Positions 44,426 to 52,553 of a stretch of DNA of 52,553 nucleotides are shown here, one piece after another. Where the stretch lies: assembly GCA_040507895.1 (NCBI GenBank), contig JBEVNX010000091.1:1-52553 (forward strand), in the 5' to 3' direction. The stretch is from Candidatus Binatia bacterium (lineage in GTDB: Bacteria; Desulfobacterota; Binatia; JACPRU01). The notes under the pieces are model-generated. The model ran no database searches and was not told the origin of the DNA. It was given only the letters and a program-made list of their open reading frames with translations. The stretch's first letter is position 1. Each line of letters opens with the position of its first letter. The position numbers and the translations under genes were made by a program.

Positions 44426-46312
44426 TCAGTTACAGAGGATCAAGTGACAGTTCTTGGGCAGCCGCCGCGCCAACCCCTTCACGACCTGTCCACGCAGCAA
44501 CCGGTAGAGGGCGTTGCGCCGGCTGACGCCGACCATCACGCCGTCGACCTCCAGCGTATCGACCGCCCGCGCGATGGCCTCTGCTGCATTGTAGGAGATC
44601 ATCCAGATCGGAATCAGTTCCACGCCGAGCTTATGCGCTTCCTCGAAGGCGGCGTGCAGGCTCGCCACGCCGTCAGGATTCGGCTCCAGCGGCTCGTTGC
44701 TGAGGAAGAGGCCGGGCACCTCCTCGACGTAGACGCAGTAGAGAGCCAGCTCGTCGCGCCCTTTGACGCGATTCACGGCTTCACGGATGAGCGTCGGCGC
44801 CTTGCCGCGCACCGCGACCAGCGTGTGGCTCGGAAATAGCGGCTTCAGCTCCTTGGCCTGAGCGAGACTGACGATGTCCACCGCGCCTTCTCCCGCTTGG
44901 CGCTCCGCTTGGGCGGCCGCGCGCGCCCCGAGGCGTCCGATGAAGCCAACGCGGTAGACCGCCTCGGTGAGCCACCCCTCGCGCATGCCGAGAGCGATCG
45001 CCATGCCGATCAACGTGACACTTCCGCCGAACAGGGTTGCCAGGGGCTTGGCGAACAGGTTCACGCACCAGGCGAGGAACACCATCGCCGAGGTGAGGAC
45101 GCCGACATAGAAATTGACGCCGCGCCGGTGCAGGCGCCACCGCATGACGTCCAGACCGATCGACGACAACACGAAGGCGCCGAGGAGTCCGAACGCGTAC
45201 ATGTCACCGAGCAAGACCATGTGGCCCTGCGTGGCAATCACCACCGCCATCGGGACCGCGGTGGTGATCGCGATGGCGACGTGCGGCGTGCCGAAGGTGC
45301 GGTTGCGAGCGAGGATCGGCCGCGGCAGGAAGCCCTGGTGCGCCAATGCCAGGAACACGTGATATCCGCCGATGATCGCGGTGTTGGCCGCGAACAGCAG
45401 CAGCGTCGTCGCCGTCGTGACCACGGCCACCTTAGTGGTCAAACCGCCGACGACCATGCCGAGCTCCGAGATGAAGCGCTCGGTGGCCACACCGCTTCCG
45501 GGCGTGAGCAGCCCGATGGAAAACAGCGTGAGCAACGGCGCCGTGCAGACGACCGTGACGATGACCGCGATGATCGCCGCGCGGATGTTGCGGTGCAGCG
45601 GATGGCGCATCGTCGGGGAGAGTTGAGCGATGCTCTCGAGCCCGGAAAAGGCGAGCCAGGCGCCGGCAAAGCCGATGAGAGCACCCCTCGGGGTCAGGCC
45701 CTCCGTGTGACGGAGTGTCCCCACGAGGCGTCCCACCCCCTCGAAGCCGAGGTGCCACAGCGTGCAGAGGATCACCCACGCGTCGATGGAGAGGGCTGCC
45801 GCGGCCATCCAGAGCGAGACGGTAGCGCTCTCGCGGATGCCGACCACGTTGAGGATCGCGAGGAACAGTATCCCGGCGCAGGCGAACGCGACGACGTGCT
45901 GCTCGAAGGCCGGCAACACGCTGCCTACGTAGTAGAAGGCTGAGGTCGCCGAGATCGACGAAGTCAGGAAATAGTCGACCGTGATCAGCATGCCGCCGAG
46001 AGCGCCCCAGCGGGGGCTGAACGCCTTGCTCGCGACGGTCACCACGCCGCCCCCTTCGGGATTTCGCCAGCTGATCTCGACGTACTTGAACGCGAGCAGC
46101 ACGAAGCCGATCGTCACCATGGCGACGAACAAGGGCGCGTACTGGCCGACCTGCTCGTAGAGGATGCCGGGTACGTAGTAGACCGACGTGCCGATGTCGC
46201 AGAACACCACGGCCCAGGCGAGGACCCAGGTGAGCTGTTGGACGTGAATCGTCGGTGGCCGCACGCCCGCGACGGCGGGGGACGGCGCGGCGGCTTGGCC
46301 TGGGGAACTCAT
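44426..46312 (-). CDS. APC-superfamily permease fused to a C-terminal universal-stress-protein (Usp) domain
   Basis: 628 aa. About 12 hydrophobic helices (WAVVFCDIGTSVYYVPG...), then a cytoplasmic alpha/beta tail with HTLVAVRGKAP...DGVMVGVSRRNALYRLLRGQV. Confidence 0.88.
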   Translation of the reverse strand: MSSPGQAAAPSPAVAGVRPPTIHVQQLTWVLAWAVVFCDIGTSVYYVPGILYEQVGQYAPLFVAMVTIGFVLLAFKYVEISWRNPEGGGVVTVASKAFSPRWGALGGMLITVDYFLTSSISATSAFYYVGSVLPAFEQHVVAFACAGILFLAILNVVGIRESATVSLWMAAAALSIDAWVILCTLWHLGFEGVGRLVGTLRHTEGLTPRGALIGFAGAWLAFSGLESIAQLSPTMRHPLHRNIRAAIIAVIVTVVCTAPLLTLFSIGLLTPGSGVATERFISELGMVVGGLTTKVAVVTTATTLLLFAANTAIIGGYHVFLALAHQGFLPRPILARNRTFGTPHVAIAITTAVPMAVVIATQGHMVLLGDMYAFGLLGAFVLSSIGLDVMRWRLHRRGVNFYVGVLTSAMVFLAWCVNLFAKPLATLFGGSVTLIGMAIALGMREGWLTEAVYRVGFIGRLGARAAAQAERQAGEGAVDIVSLAQAKELKPLFPSHTLVAVRGKAPTLIREAVNRVKGRDELALYCVYVEEVPGLFLSNEPLEPNPDGVASLHAAFEEAHKLGVELIPIWMISYNAAEAIARAVDTLEVDGVMVGVSRRNALYRLLRGQVVKGLARRLPKNCHLILCN

Positions 46313-46337
46313 CGACGAAGAGCGGCTCGGGAGCTGC

Positions 46338-46676
46338 TTGCCGCTCCGACCCAGCGCTGCTTATATTGCCTGGATTGTTTTTGCCAGTAAGCGTGTGCGA
46401 ACGGGCGAGAGCGTGGGTTCCGAGGCGGCGAATGGCGATTGGACGTTCGAGCGATTGCGCCGGTGGTTCTCGTGGCTCTGCGTGGTGATCTTCAGCGCCA
46501 CCTTCGCAGGACTGCTCGGGCTGAGCGCCACCCGCTACTGGACGCCCGACAACCCCTGGATCGCGTTGCTCGACCGAGGCTGGCGGATCTCCGGTGGCGC
46601 CGGGGTCACGCTGGCCGCGATCCCGTATCTCCTCCAGGGCGCGCGCTGGCTACGACGGCTGTTCGCCGGCTCCTAG
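46338..46676 (+). CDS. Small hypothetical membrane protein
   Basis: 112-aa ORF with two hydrophobic segments (WLCVVIFSATFAGLLGL, GGAGVTLAAIPYLL) and a G/C-rich third codon position. It has a TTG start, with alternative GTG starts at 46395 and 46413. No homology recognised. Confidence 0.45.
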   Translation: MPLRPSAAYIAWIVFASKRVRTGESVGSEAANGDWTFERLRRWFSWLCVVIFSATFAGLLGLSATRYWTPDNPWIALLDRGWRISGGAGVTLAAIPYLLQGARWLRRLFAGS

Positions 46677-46883
46677 AGCGCCGAGCCGCTACCTACACCG
46701 CCGCCCGGATCGGCAAGAGAGGAGCTTGCGGAAGCTCGACTGCGGTCCACCACTTGCGAGCGTGCCGGCGTCCGGCGACCTCGGCTGATCCATGGTCGAG
46801 CGAGGCCAGCCTTCGACGGCCGCGGCGGCAATCGCGATGGCGCGGCGGCGCCTTTGCCGCGCGGAGCAGGCTTTCGCGAGGCC

Positions 46884-48308
46884 TCAGGAACCTGTGGCGA
46901 ATCGCTGCGGCAAGCCTCCGAACGCGCCGTTCGACATGAACACCACGACGTCGCCGGCGCGCGCGGCGCGCCGCAGATGCCGGAGAATGGCATCGTCGTC
47001 GGCAAACGTGTCGGCCTGTACGCCGGCTGCTCGGAGCACTTCGACGATCTCTCCGATGGACAAACGGTCCGCTTCCGGCAGCGGATCCGTCTCCTTGAAG
47101 AAAACCGGGGCGAGCACGGTGGCATCGGCATGCCGGAGAGCATGCGCGAACTCCTGCTGGAAGACGCGCCGCCGGCTGGTGTTCGAGCGCGGCTCGAAGA
47201 CCGCCCAGATCTTCCTCGACGGATGGCGGCGACGAACGGCCTCGAGCGTGGCGGCGATCGCGGTCGGGTGGTGGGCGAAATCGTCGATGACGGTGATGGG
47301 GTCGGTGGCGATCACTTCCTGGCGGCGGCGCACGCCGCGAAACGACCGGAGGCCGGGTTGAATCTCCGCCGGCGCGAGACCGAGGCGGCGGCAAAGCGCG
47401 TAAACGCCGAGCGCGTTCCGCACGTTCATTTCGCCCATGACCGCAAGCGCGATCTCCCCCTCGCGTTCGCCGGTGCAACAGACGCCGAAGCGGGTGCTGC
47501 GGCCGTCGTCATGGATGTCGACGGCGCGCCAGCCCGGGCCGGCTCTCAGGCCGAAGCGCTCGACCTCGCGGCTCACTTCCGACACCGCGGCTTCGGTGCG
47601 CGGGAAATCATCGCAGACAAGCACGGGCGCGTCGTCCGGGATGATCTTCAGCAGCGAGACGAACGCCGACGTCACGTGGTCGAGGTCGCGGTAGATGTCC
47701 GCGTGGTCGAACTCGATCGCGGTGAGGATCAACCCGCGGGGCTCGTAGTGTAGGAACTTGGGCCCCTTGTCGAAAAACGCCGTATCGTACTCGTCCCCCT
47801 CGATCACGAAGTACTCGCCGCCGCCGAGCCGGAAGTTGCCACCGAAGTCGAGCGATTCGCCGCCCAGCATCAAGCTCGGGTCTCGTCCCGCCTCGGCGAG
47901 CACCCAAGCGAGCATCGCCGTGGAGGTGGTCTTGCCGTGCGTGCCGGCGACGACGAGCGTGCGCTTGCCGGCGAGAAAGAACCGGCGTATCGCCTCCGGC
48001 ATGGAGACGTAGGGCAAACCTCTCTCGATCATCGCCGCCACTTCGGGATTGGTGCGCGACACGGCGTTCCCGACGACGACGAGGTCGGGGCGTGGCTCGA
48101 GATTCGCCGCCCGATACCCGATCCGCACGTCGATGCCGAGCCGCGCGAGCAGCGTGCTCGCGGGCGGGTAGACGTTCTGATCCGATCCTGTGACGGCGAA
48201 GCCGCGGCTCTTGAGCATCCCCGCGAGCGACGTCATCGCGACGCCGGAAATCGCGATCAGATGCACGGCGCGGACCGACGTGAGATCAGAGGCTTCGCGA
48301 TCGCCCAT
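46884..48308 (-). CDS. mpl: UDP-N-acetylmuramate:L-alanyl-gamma-D-glutamyl-meso-diaminopimelate ligase
   Basis: VHLIAISGVAMTSLAGMLKSRGFAVTGSDQNVYPPASTLL parallels the E. coli Mpl N terminus. Also contains the P-loop AGTHGKTTS, EGDEYDTAFFDK and DDFAHHPTAI. Candidate starts are 48344, 48308 (ATG) and 48266 (GTG, best alignment to MRIHILGI). Confidence 0.9.
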   Translation of the reverse strand: MGDREASDLTSVRAVHLIAISGVAMTSLAGMLKSRGFAVTGSDQNVYPPASTLLARLGIDVRIGYRAANLEPRPDLVVVGNAVSRTNPEVAAMIERGLPYVSMPEAIRRFFLAGKRTLVVAGTHGKTTSTAMLAWVLAEAGRDPSLMLGGESLDFGGNFRLGGGEYFVIEGDEYDTAFFDKGPKFLHYEPRGLILTAIEFDHADIYRDLDHVTSAFVSLLKIIPDDAPVLVCDDFPRTEAAVSEVSREVERFGLRAGPGWRAVDIHDDGRSTRFGVCCTGEREGEIALAVMGEMNVRNALGVYALCRRLGLAPAEIQPGLRSFRGVRRRQEVIATDPITVIDDFAHHPTAIAATLEAVRRRHPSRKIWAVFEPRSNTSRRRVFQQEFAHALRHADATVLAPVFFKETDPLPEADRLSIGEIVEVLRAAGVQADTFADDDAILRHLRRAARAGDVVVFMSNGAFGGLPQRFATGS

Positions 48309-48948
48309 CGGCGGTTTCGTACCCGAACCGGCCGAATCGAACAACGGGCCTCGCCGCTCCGGATGGCGGGGCGTACGAGAACGAGACGCTCTTTAGGATC
48401 ATCGGCCCGCTAGGCACCGCCACGCCGCTCGCCGGCTCCAGCGTCACGGCGAACACCGATGCATCCCGCCCTTCTGGCGGAACGTTCTCGTTCCACGAGC
48501 CCCGGCCGGTGGCGTCCGGGGCGAAGACGCGGCCGGGTCGCGGCGTGCCTCCGGCGATGAACCAAAGCTGATACGCCCGTCCAGCCTCTGGAGGAGGCAA
48601 GTCGTAGCCGAACAGTACCGCGCGACCGGAGCTGCGGTCGTAGGACAGTTTGAGTCGCGCCTTCGGCGCCACTTCGGTGCCAGCCAGGACGATCGTCGCC
48701 GTCTCGGGCGAGGAGAGGAAAGCCGCGAGGCCGCGCTGGACGGTCAGTTCGGCCTCGAGCGCCCGCGCTCGGGCGAAGAGTCCCAGAGCATACATCGCAC
48801 ACGCCGCGACCGCCCCGACGGCGAGGAGGACGGTCACGGCCGCGACGGATGCCCAAAAGCCTAGCGCTGGGCGGACGATCTCGACGCCGCGCGAGGGAGG
48901 CTCCTGCCGATCCGCGCCGCCGGTAGTCTGTTCGGTGTGCGAGCTCAA
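48286..48948 (-). CDS. Membrane-anchored RskA-type (anti-sigma-K C-terminal) domain protein lacking the N-terminal anti-sigma domain
   Basis: 220 aa. A short N terminus is followed by one TM helix (FWASVAAVTVLLAVGAVAACAMYALGL) and then an extracytoplasmic domain with AYQLWFIAGG.P...FAVTLEPASGV..PSGP. The TTG start is uncertain. Confidence 0.7.
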   Translation of the reverse strand: MSSHTEQTTGGADRQEPPSRGVEIVRPALGFWASVAAVTVLLAVGAVAACAMYALGLFARARALEAELTVQRGLAAFLSSPETATIVLAGTEVAPKARLKLSYDRSSGRAVLFGYDLPPPEAGRAYQLWFIAGGTPRPGRVFAPDATGRGSWNENVPPEGRDASVFAVTLEPASGVAVPSGPMILKSVSFSYAPPSGAARPVVRFGRFGYETADGRSRSL

Positions 48949-49022
48949 AGCGATGGCGGCTTAGAATGCGCCGCGGCCCGCCGCAAACGCGCCCTCGAGT
49001 GGTCGGTCGAAGCCGGGTGCGA

Positions 49023-49499
49023 TCATCGGCCGGCGTGTCGGATCGGAATCTGGACCAGTCGCGCTTGGACGCGATTGGCGCGGAGCAGGCAGCGAGCGAC
49101 GGAAACGGGCAGAGCGAACCGCCTCGGTCCTGCGCTTCCCGGGTTGACGAAAAGCACGCCGTCTTCCTCGTGAATGGACGGGCGATGAGAGTGACCGCTC
49201 ACCACGAGCCGGATGCGGGCGCGCGCGAGGTCGACGGCGAGATCGTTCACGTCGTGAACGACATGGACCCGAACCGCCCCCACCGTCAGCGTTCGGGCTT
49301 TCGGAAGCCGGCGGGCCCAGCCGTGGCCGTCGTTGTTGCCGCGCACCGCGACGACCGGCGCGATCCCGCGCAACGCGACGAGCACGTCCGGCGCTCCCAC
49401 GTCTCCGGCATGAACGATCAGATCACTTGTGGCCAGCGCGCTGAGCGCTTCGCGGCGCATCAGGCCGTGCGTATCGGCGATCACGCCGAGGCGCGTCAC
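49023..49499 (-). CDS. YfcE/MJ0936-type metallophosphoesterase
   Basis: 158 aa. Contains the motifs GVIADTHG, HAGDV, RGNND and SGHSH. Confidence 0.9.
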   Translation of the reverse strand: MTRLGVIADTHGLMRREALSALATSDLIVHAGDVGAPDVLVALRGIAPVVAVRGNNDGHGWARRLPKARTLTVGAVRVHVVHDVNDLAVDLARARIRLVVSGHSHRPSIHEEDGVLFVNPGSAGPRRFALPVSVARCLLRANRVQARLVQIPIRHAGR

Positions 49500-49516
49500 C
49501 GCACGCGACCGCTCGG

Positions 49517-50647
49517 TCAGCAGCCTACGGCCTCCATGACGAGGTCGTGGATCAGCGGCCGAAAATCCTTGATCTTGTCGTTGTTCCGGCTCGGATGAAC
49601 GCGATTAGACAGCAGCACGACGTGTACGGCCTTTTCCAGATCGAGCCAGACGGACGTCCCGGTGAAGCCGAGGTGCCCGATCGTCTTTCGTGAGAAGCGC
49701 GTGCCGGCGGCCGAGCCGACCGTTGCGGGGGTGTCCCAGCCGAGCGTGCGCGGCGACTGTGCGACCGTCTTGTCTCGCGAAAATGCCTCCTGCATCAGGC
49801 CGTCGGGAAGGAATGGGTTCTTGCCGAGGTAACAGTCGCGAAGCTTCGAGACCAGGAGGTTCACGTCGCCCGCGGATGCGAACAGACCGGAGTGTCCCGC
49901 TACGCCGCCCATCGCATAGGCGTTGTCGTCGTGTACTTCGCCGCAGATGACCTTCCCTCGCCACTCGCAGCGCTCGGTCGGCGCGATCATCTCGGTCACG
50001 GGCACCAAGCGCCGCGTCCGCACCAGAGACAGATCGATGAAGGAGGTGGAGCGCAGGCCGAGCGGCTTGAAGATGCGATCCTGACAGAAGCGGTCGAGGG
50101 CAGCGCCGGAGACCTCCTCGATCGCCTCGCCGAGCAGAATGAAACCGAGGTCGCTGTACAGGACCGACCGGCCGGGCTCCGCTTCCGGCTTCTCTCGGTG
50201 GATGAGCTCGTAGACGTGCTGCTTGGCGCCGTGGCTGCAGAGGAAGTTGACTCGCCCCCCGCGCTCGACCTTGAGGATCTCCTTGTAGTACGCGCGCCAG
50301 CCCGGCAGGCCCGAGGAGTGCCCGAGAAGATGGCGGAACGTGATGTGGGTTTTGCCGTGCACGCCGAAGTTGTGAAAGATCCGCGTCACCCGGTCGTCGA
50401 TGCGCAGCTTGAGCTCGCGCGCGAGCAGCAGAAATGCGGTGGTCGTCGCGAGCGGCTTGGTGAGCGAGGACAGGTCGAAGATCGTATCCTCGTGAAGCGG
50501 CGTGACGTCGGGCTCGACGCTGCGGTGGCCGAAGGCGCGATGGTAGACGACCTGTGCTTCCTTGTTGACGAGCAGCACCGCCCCCGGGAACACGCGGCTC
50601 CCGACTGCTTCTTCCATCGCCCGCTCGACCTGACGGAAGCCGCTCAT
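49517..50647 (-). CDS. Serine hydrolase of the class C beta-lactamase / AmpH-like family
   Basis: 376 aa. Contains the S-x-x-K motif in FDLSSLTKPLATT, plus YSDLGF and a GHLGFTGTS (KTG-like) region. Confidence 0.88.
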   Translation of the reverse strand: MSGFRQVERAMEEAVGSRVFPGAVLLVNKEAQVVYHRAFGHRSVEPDVTPLHEDTIFDLSSLTKPLATTTAFLLLARELKLRIDDRVTRIFHNFGVHGKTHITFRHLLGHSSGLPGWRAYYKEILKVERGGRVNFLCSHGAKQHVYELIHREKPEAEPGRSVLYSDLGFILLGEAIEEVSGAALDRFCQDRIFKPLGLRSTSFIDLSLVRTRRLVPVTEMIAPTERCEWRGKVICGEVHDDNAYAMGGVAGHSGLFASAGDVNLLVSKLRDCYLGKNPFLPDGLMQEAFSRDKTVAQSPRTLGWDTPATVGSAAGTRFSRKTIGHLGFTGTSVWLDLEKAVHVVLLSNRVHPSRNNDKIKDFRPLIHDLVMEAVGC

Positions 50648-50682
50648 GAATTCCAGATTCTACGATAGAGCCCGAGCGATGG

Positions 50683-51621
50683 CTACGGTGAGACCGCGGG
50701 CTCGAGCGGCTGGAGGAGCTTGCGGGTGGCATCGAGACGCACACGCGCCCCGAGCGGGATCGTGCGCTTGCCGCGGCCGTGTCCACTCGGCGCGCCGAAC
50801 GCAACCGGTACGCCGAGATCGGCGGTACGCTCGTGCAGCACTGCGAGCAGATCGCGCCGCCGTCCGCAATTCGCCATTTCCGCGAACACGATCCCCTTCG
50901 CGCGCCCGAGCTCGCCCGTGTGGCGGAGCTGGGTGAGCATACGATCGAGCGAGTACGGCTCTTCGTTCACATCCTCGAGGAATAGAATGCGATCGGCGAG
51001 ATCGACCGCGTAGGGCGTGCCGAGGAGTGACACGAGGATGGAAAGGCATCCGCCGAAGAGCCTCCCTTCGGCCACACCCCGTCGCAGCGTCACTCCGAGG
51101 CGCACTCCTTCGATCGAGCGGCCGTTCAGCGTGTCGAGCAGGGAGGCGCGATCGGTGGGGCGCAGATCGGGCAGATCCGTGGCGACCATCGGGCCGTGGA
51201 ACGTCACCCAGCCGAGCTTGCCCGTGGCGAAGGCGAGGAGAGACGTGACGTCGCTGTAGCCGATCAAGATCTTCGGCGGCGCGCGTCGGAGATCGCCCTC
51301 GACCAGCGGCAGCAGGCGTGCCGCCCCGAAGCCGCCACGCGTGAAGAACACGGCGCGCACCTTGGGATCGGCGAGCGCTCCACGGAGCGCCGCGGCACGA
51401 AGTCGATCCTTCCCGGCGAAGTGTCCTCGTCGAGCGAAAGCCTGAGCGTAGACGCGTGTCCGAAAGCCGAGCGCTTCGAGCCGCCGCGCCCCGCGCCGGA
51501 TGCGCGACGGATCGGCAGCCGATGCCGGGGCGATCACCGCGATCGTATCGCCCGGTCGCAGTGCGGGGGGCCGGCGAGGCGCGCCGTGCCAATCGGGAAC
51601 ACGCCCCTTGCCGCCGCTCAC
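50683..51621 (-). CDS. ldcA: LD-carboxypeptidase (muramoyltetrapeptide carboxypeptidase, peptidase S66)
   Basis: 312 aa. Contains [24 protein letters not shown] and the nucleophile context [10 protein letters not shown], with a C-terminal HG context. Confidence 0.9.
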   Translation of the reverse strand: MSGGKGRVPDWHGAPRRPPALRPGDTIAVIAPASAADPSRIRRGARRLEALGFRTRVYAQAFARRGHFAGKDRLRAAALRGALADPKVRAVFFTRGGFGAARLLPLVEGDLRRAPPKILIGYSDVTSLLAFATGKLGWVTFHGPMVATDLPDLRPTDRASLLDTLNGRSIEGVRLGVTLRRGVAEGRLFGGCLSILVSLLGTPYAVDLADRILFLEDVNEEPYSLDRMLTQLRHTGELGRAKGIVFAEMANCGRRRDLLAVLHERTADLGVPVAFGAPSGHGRGKRTIPLGARVRLDATRKLLQPLEPAVSP

Positions 51622-52553
51622 AGACTGCGGCCCGCCGCCTCGGCGAACTTCTCAACGCCGCGCATCAGTGACTCGAATCGGCTCGGCTTCAGCGACTGCC
51701 CGCCGTCCGAGAGCGCGTGCGCGGGATCCGGATGCACCTCGATCATCAAGCCGTCCGCGCCCGCGGCGATCGCGGCGTACGCCATCGGCGTCACGTACTG
51801 CCAGTGGCCCGTACCATGGCTCGGGTCGACGATGACCGGCAGATGGGTCCACTCTTTCAGCACGGGCACGGCGCTCAGGTCGAGCGTGTTGCGGGTCGCG
51901 GTCTCGAACGTGCGGATGCCGCGCTCGCACAGCACCACCCGAGGGTTGCCTTCCGACAAGATGTACTCCGCGGCCATGAGGAACTCCTGCAGGGTGCTCA
52001 TCAGGCCGCGCTTCAACAACACTGGCTTGTCAACCTTTCCGAGGCGCTTGAGGAGAGCGAAGTTCTGCACATTGCGCGTGCCGACCTGCAGCACGTCGGC
52101 GTGCTCGGCGACGAGCTCGACGTCGTGGGGATCGAGCACCTCGGTGACCACCGGCAGGCCGGTCTCGGCCCGAGCCTGAGCGAGGAGCTTCAAGCCGTCG
52201 GCCTCCATGCCCTGGAAGCTGTAGGGCGACGTGCGCGGCTTGTAAGCGCCGCCGCGCAGAATGTTTGCTCCCGCCGCCTTCACGGCGCAGGCAGATTCCA
52301 TGATCTGGCGCTCGCTCTCCACCGAGCACGGGCCGGCCATGATGGCGAGGCGCCGGGCGCCGATCGTCACTCCGAGGCCGACGTCGACGACCGAGTCCTC
52401 CTTTCGCACCTCGCGGCTGGCGAGCTTGAAGGGCTTGAGGATCGGCACACATGCCTCCACGCCCGGCATCGATTCGAGGGCTTGTAGGCGCGTTTTGCCG
52501 CGCTCGTCTCCGATGCAGCCGATGACGGTTCGCTCCACGCCGTAGATCGGATG
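51618..52553 (-). CDS. aroF: 3-deoxy-7-phosphoheptulonate (DAHP) synthase, type I-beta with an N-terminal regulatory domain (partial; N terminus beyond the window end)
   Basis: Contains [32 protein letters not shown] and LMIEVHP. The frame stays open upstream of the listed GTG to the window edge ([16 protein letters not shown]), resembling the end of a ferredoxin-like regulatory domain. The true start therefore lies outside the window. Confidence 0.9.
   Translation of the reverse strand, partial: HPIYGVERTVIGCIGDERGKTRLQALESMPGVEACVPILKPFKLASREVRKEDSVVDVGLGVTIGARRLAIMAGPCSVESERQIMESACAVKAAGANILRGGAYKPRTSPYSFQGMEADGLKLLAQARAETGLPVVTEVLDPHDVELVAEHADVLQVGTRNVQNFALLKRLGKVDKPVLLKRGLMSTLQEFLMAAEYILSEGNPRVVLCERGIRTFETATRNTLDLSAVPVLKEWTHLPVIVDPSHGTGHWQYVTPMAYAAIAAGADGLMIEVHPDPAHALSDGGQSLKPSRFESLMRGVEKFAEAAGRSL

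Overview
High-GC bacterial chromosomal window (roughly two-thirds G+C by eye, not computed), densely coding with about 45 genes and mostly core functions. I saw no tRNA, rRNA, CRISPR array, IS element or prophage. Layout from left to right: (1) A minus-strand type IV pilus block, pilB-pilT-pilC-(pilS/pilR hybrid)-pilA. pilA has a sigma-54 promoter and a strong terminator, followed by a partial YfhO-like membrane protein gene that is missing from the ORF track. aroE, ppdK and recO lie upstream on the same strand. (2) grpE-dnaK-dnaJ, a type-1 periplasmic binding protein, thiL, an orphan larB and an ABC1/UbiB-type kinase. (3) A poorly resolved stretch at 21.8-24.4 kb containing a LolA-like protein, about 690 bp with only broken coding signal, a methyltransferase, an AT-rich island with a 68-aa ORF, and a SEC-C protein. 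(4) An HtrA protease, a haloalkane dehalogenase, a MalQ/epoxide-hydrolase-like fusion ORF, then sucA-sucB-(frameshifted DUF1326)-lpdA, AKR and SDR genes, and acnA. (5) DJ-1/PfpI, ppa, an M20 peptidase, a lipoprotein, an alpha/beta hydrolase and an APC permease-USP fusion. (6) A minus-strand peptidoglycan-recycling-type block: aroF (partial), ldcA, a serine hydrolase, a phosphoesterase, a truncated RskA-like protein and mpl. The pilB-T-C-(S)R-A order resembles Myxococcota/Desulfuromonadota-type clusters, but that is inference only. No defence-system-like or obviously novel multi-gene system is visible. The most unusual items are the kinase-less, receiver-less PilS/PilR hybrid, the possible pilin glycosylation pairing, the MalQ-hydrolase fusion, two frameshifted or degraded loci, and the small-ORF island. 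Most long ORFs in the track that lie antisense to these genes are high-GC shadow ORFs.
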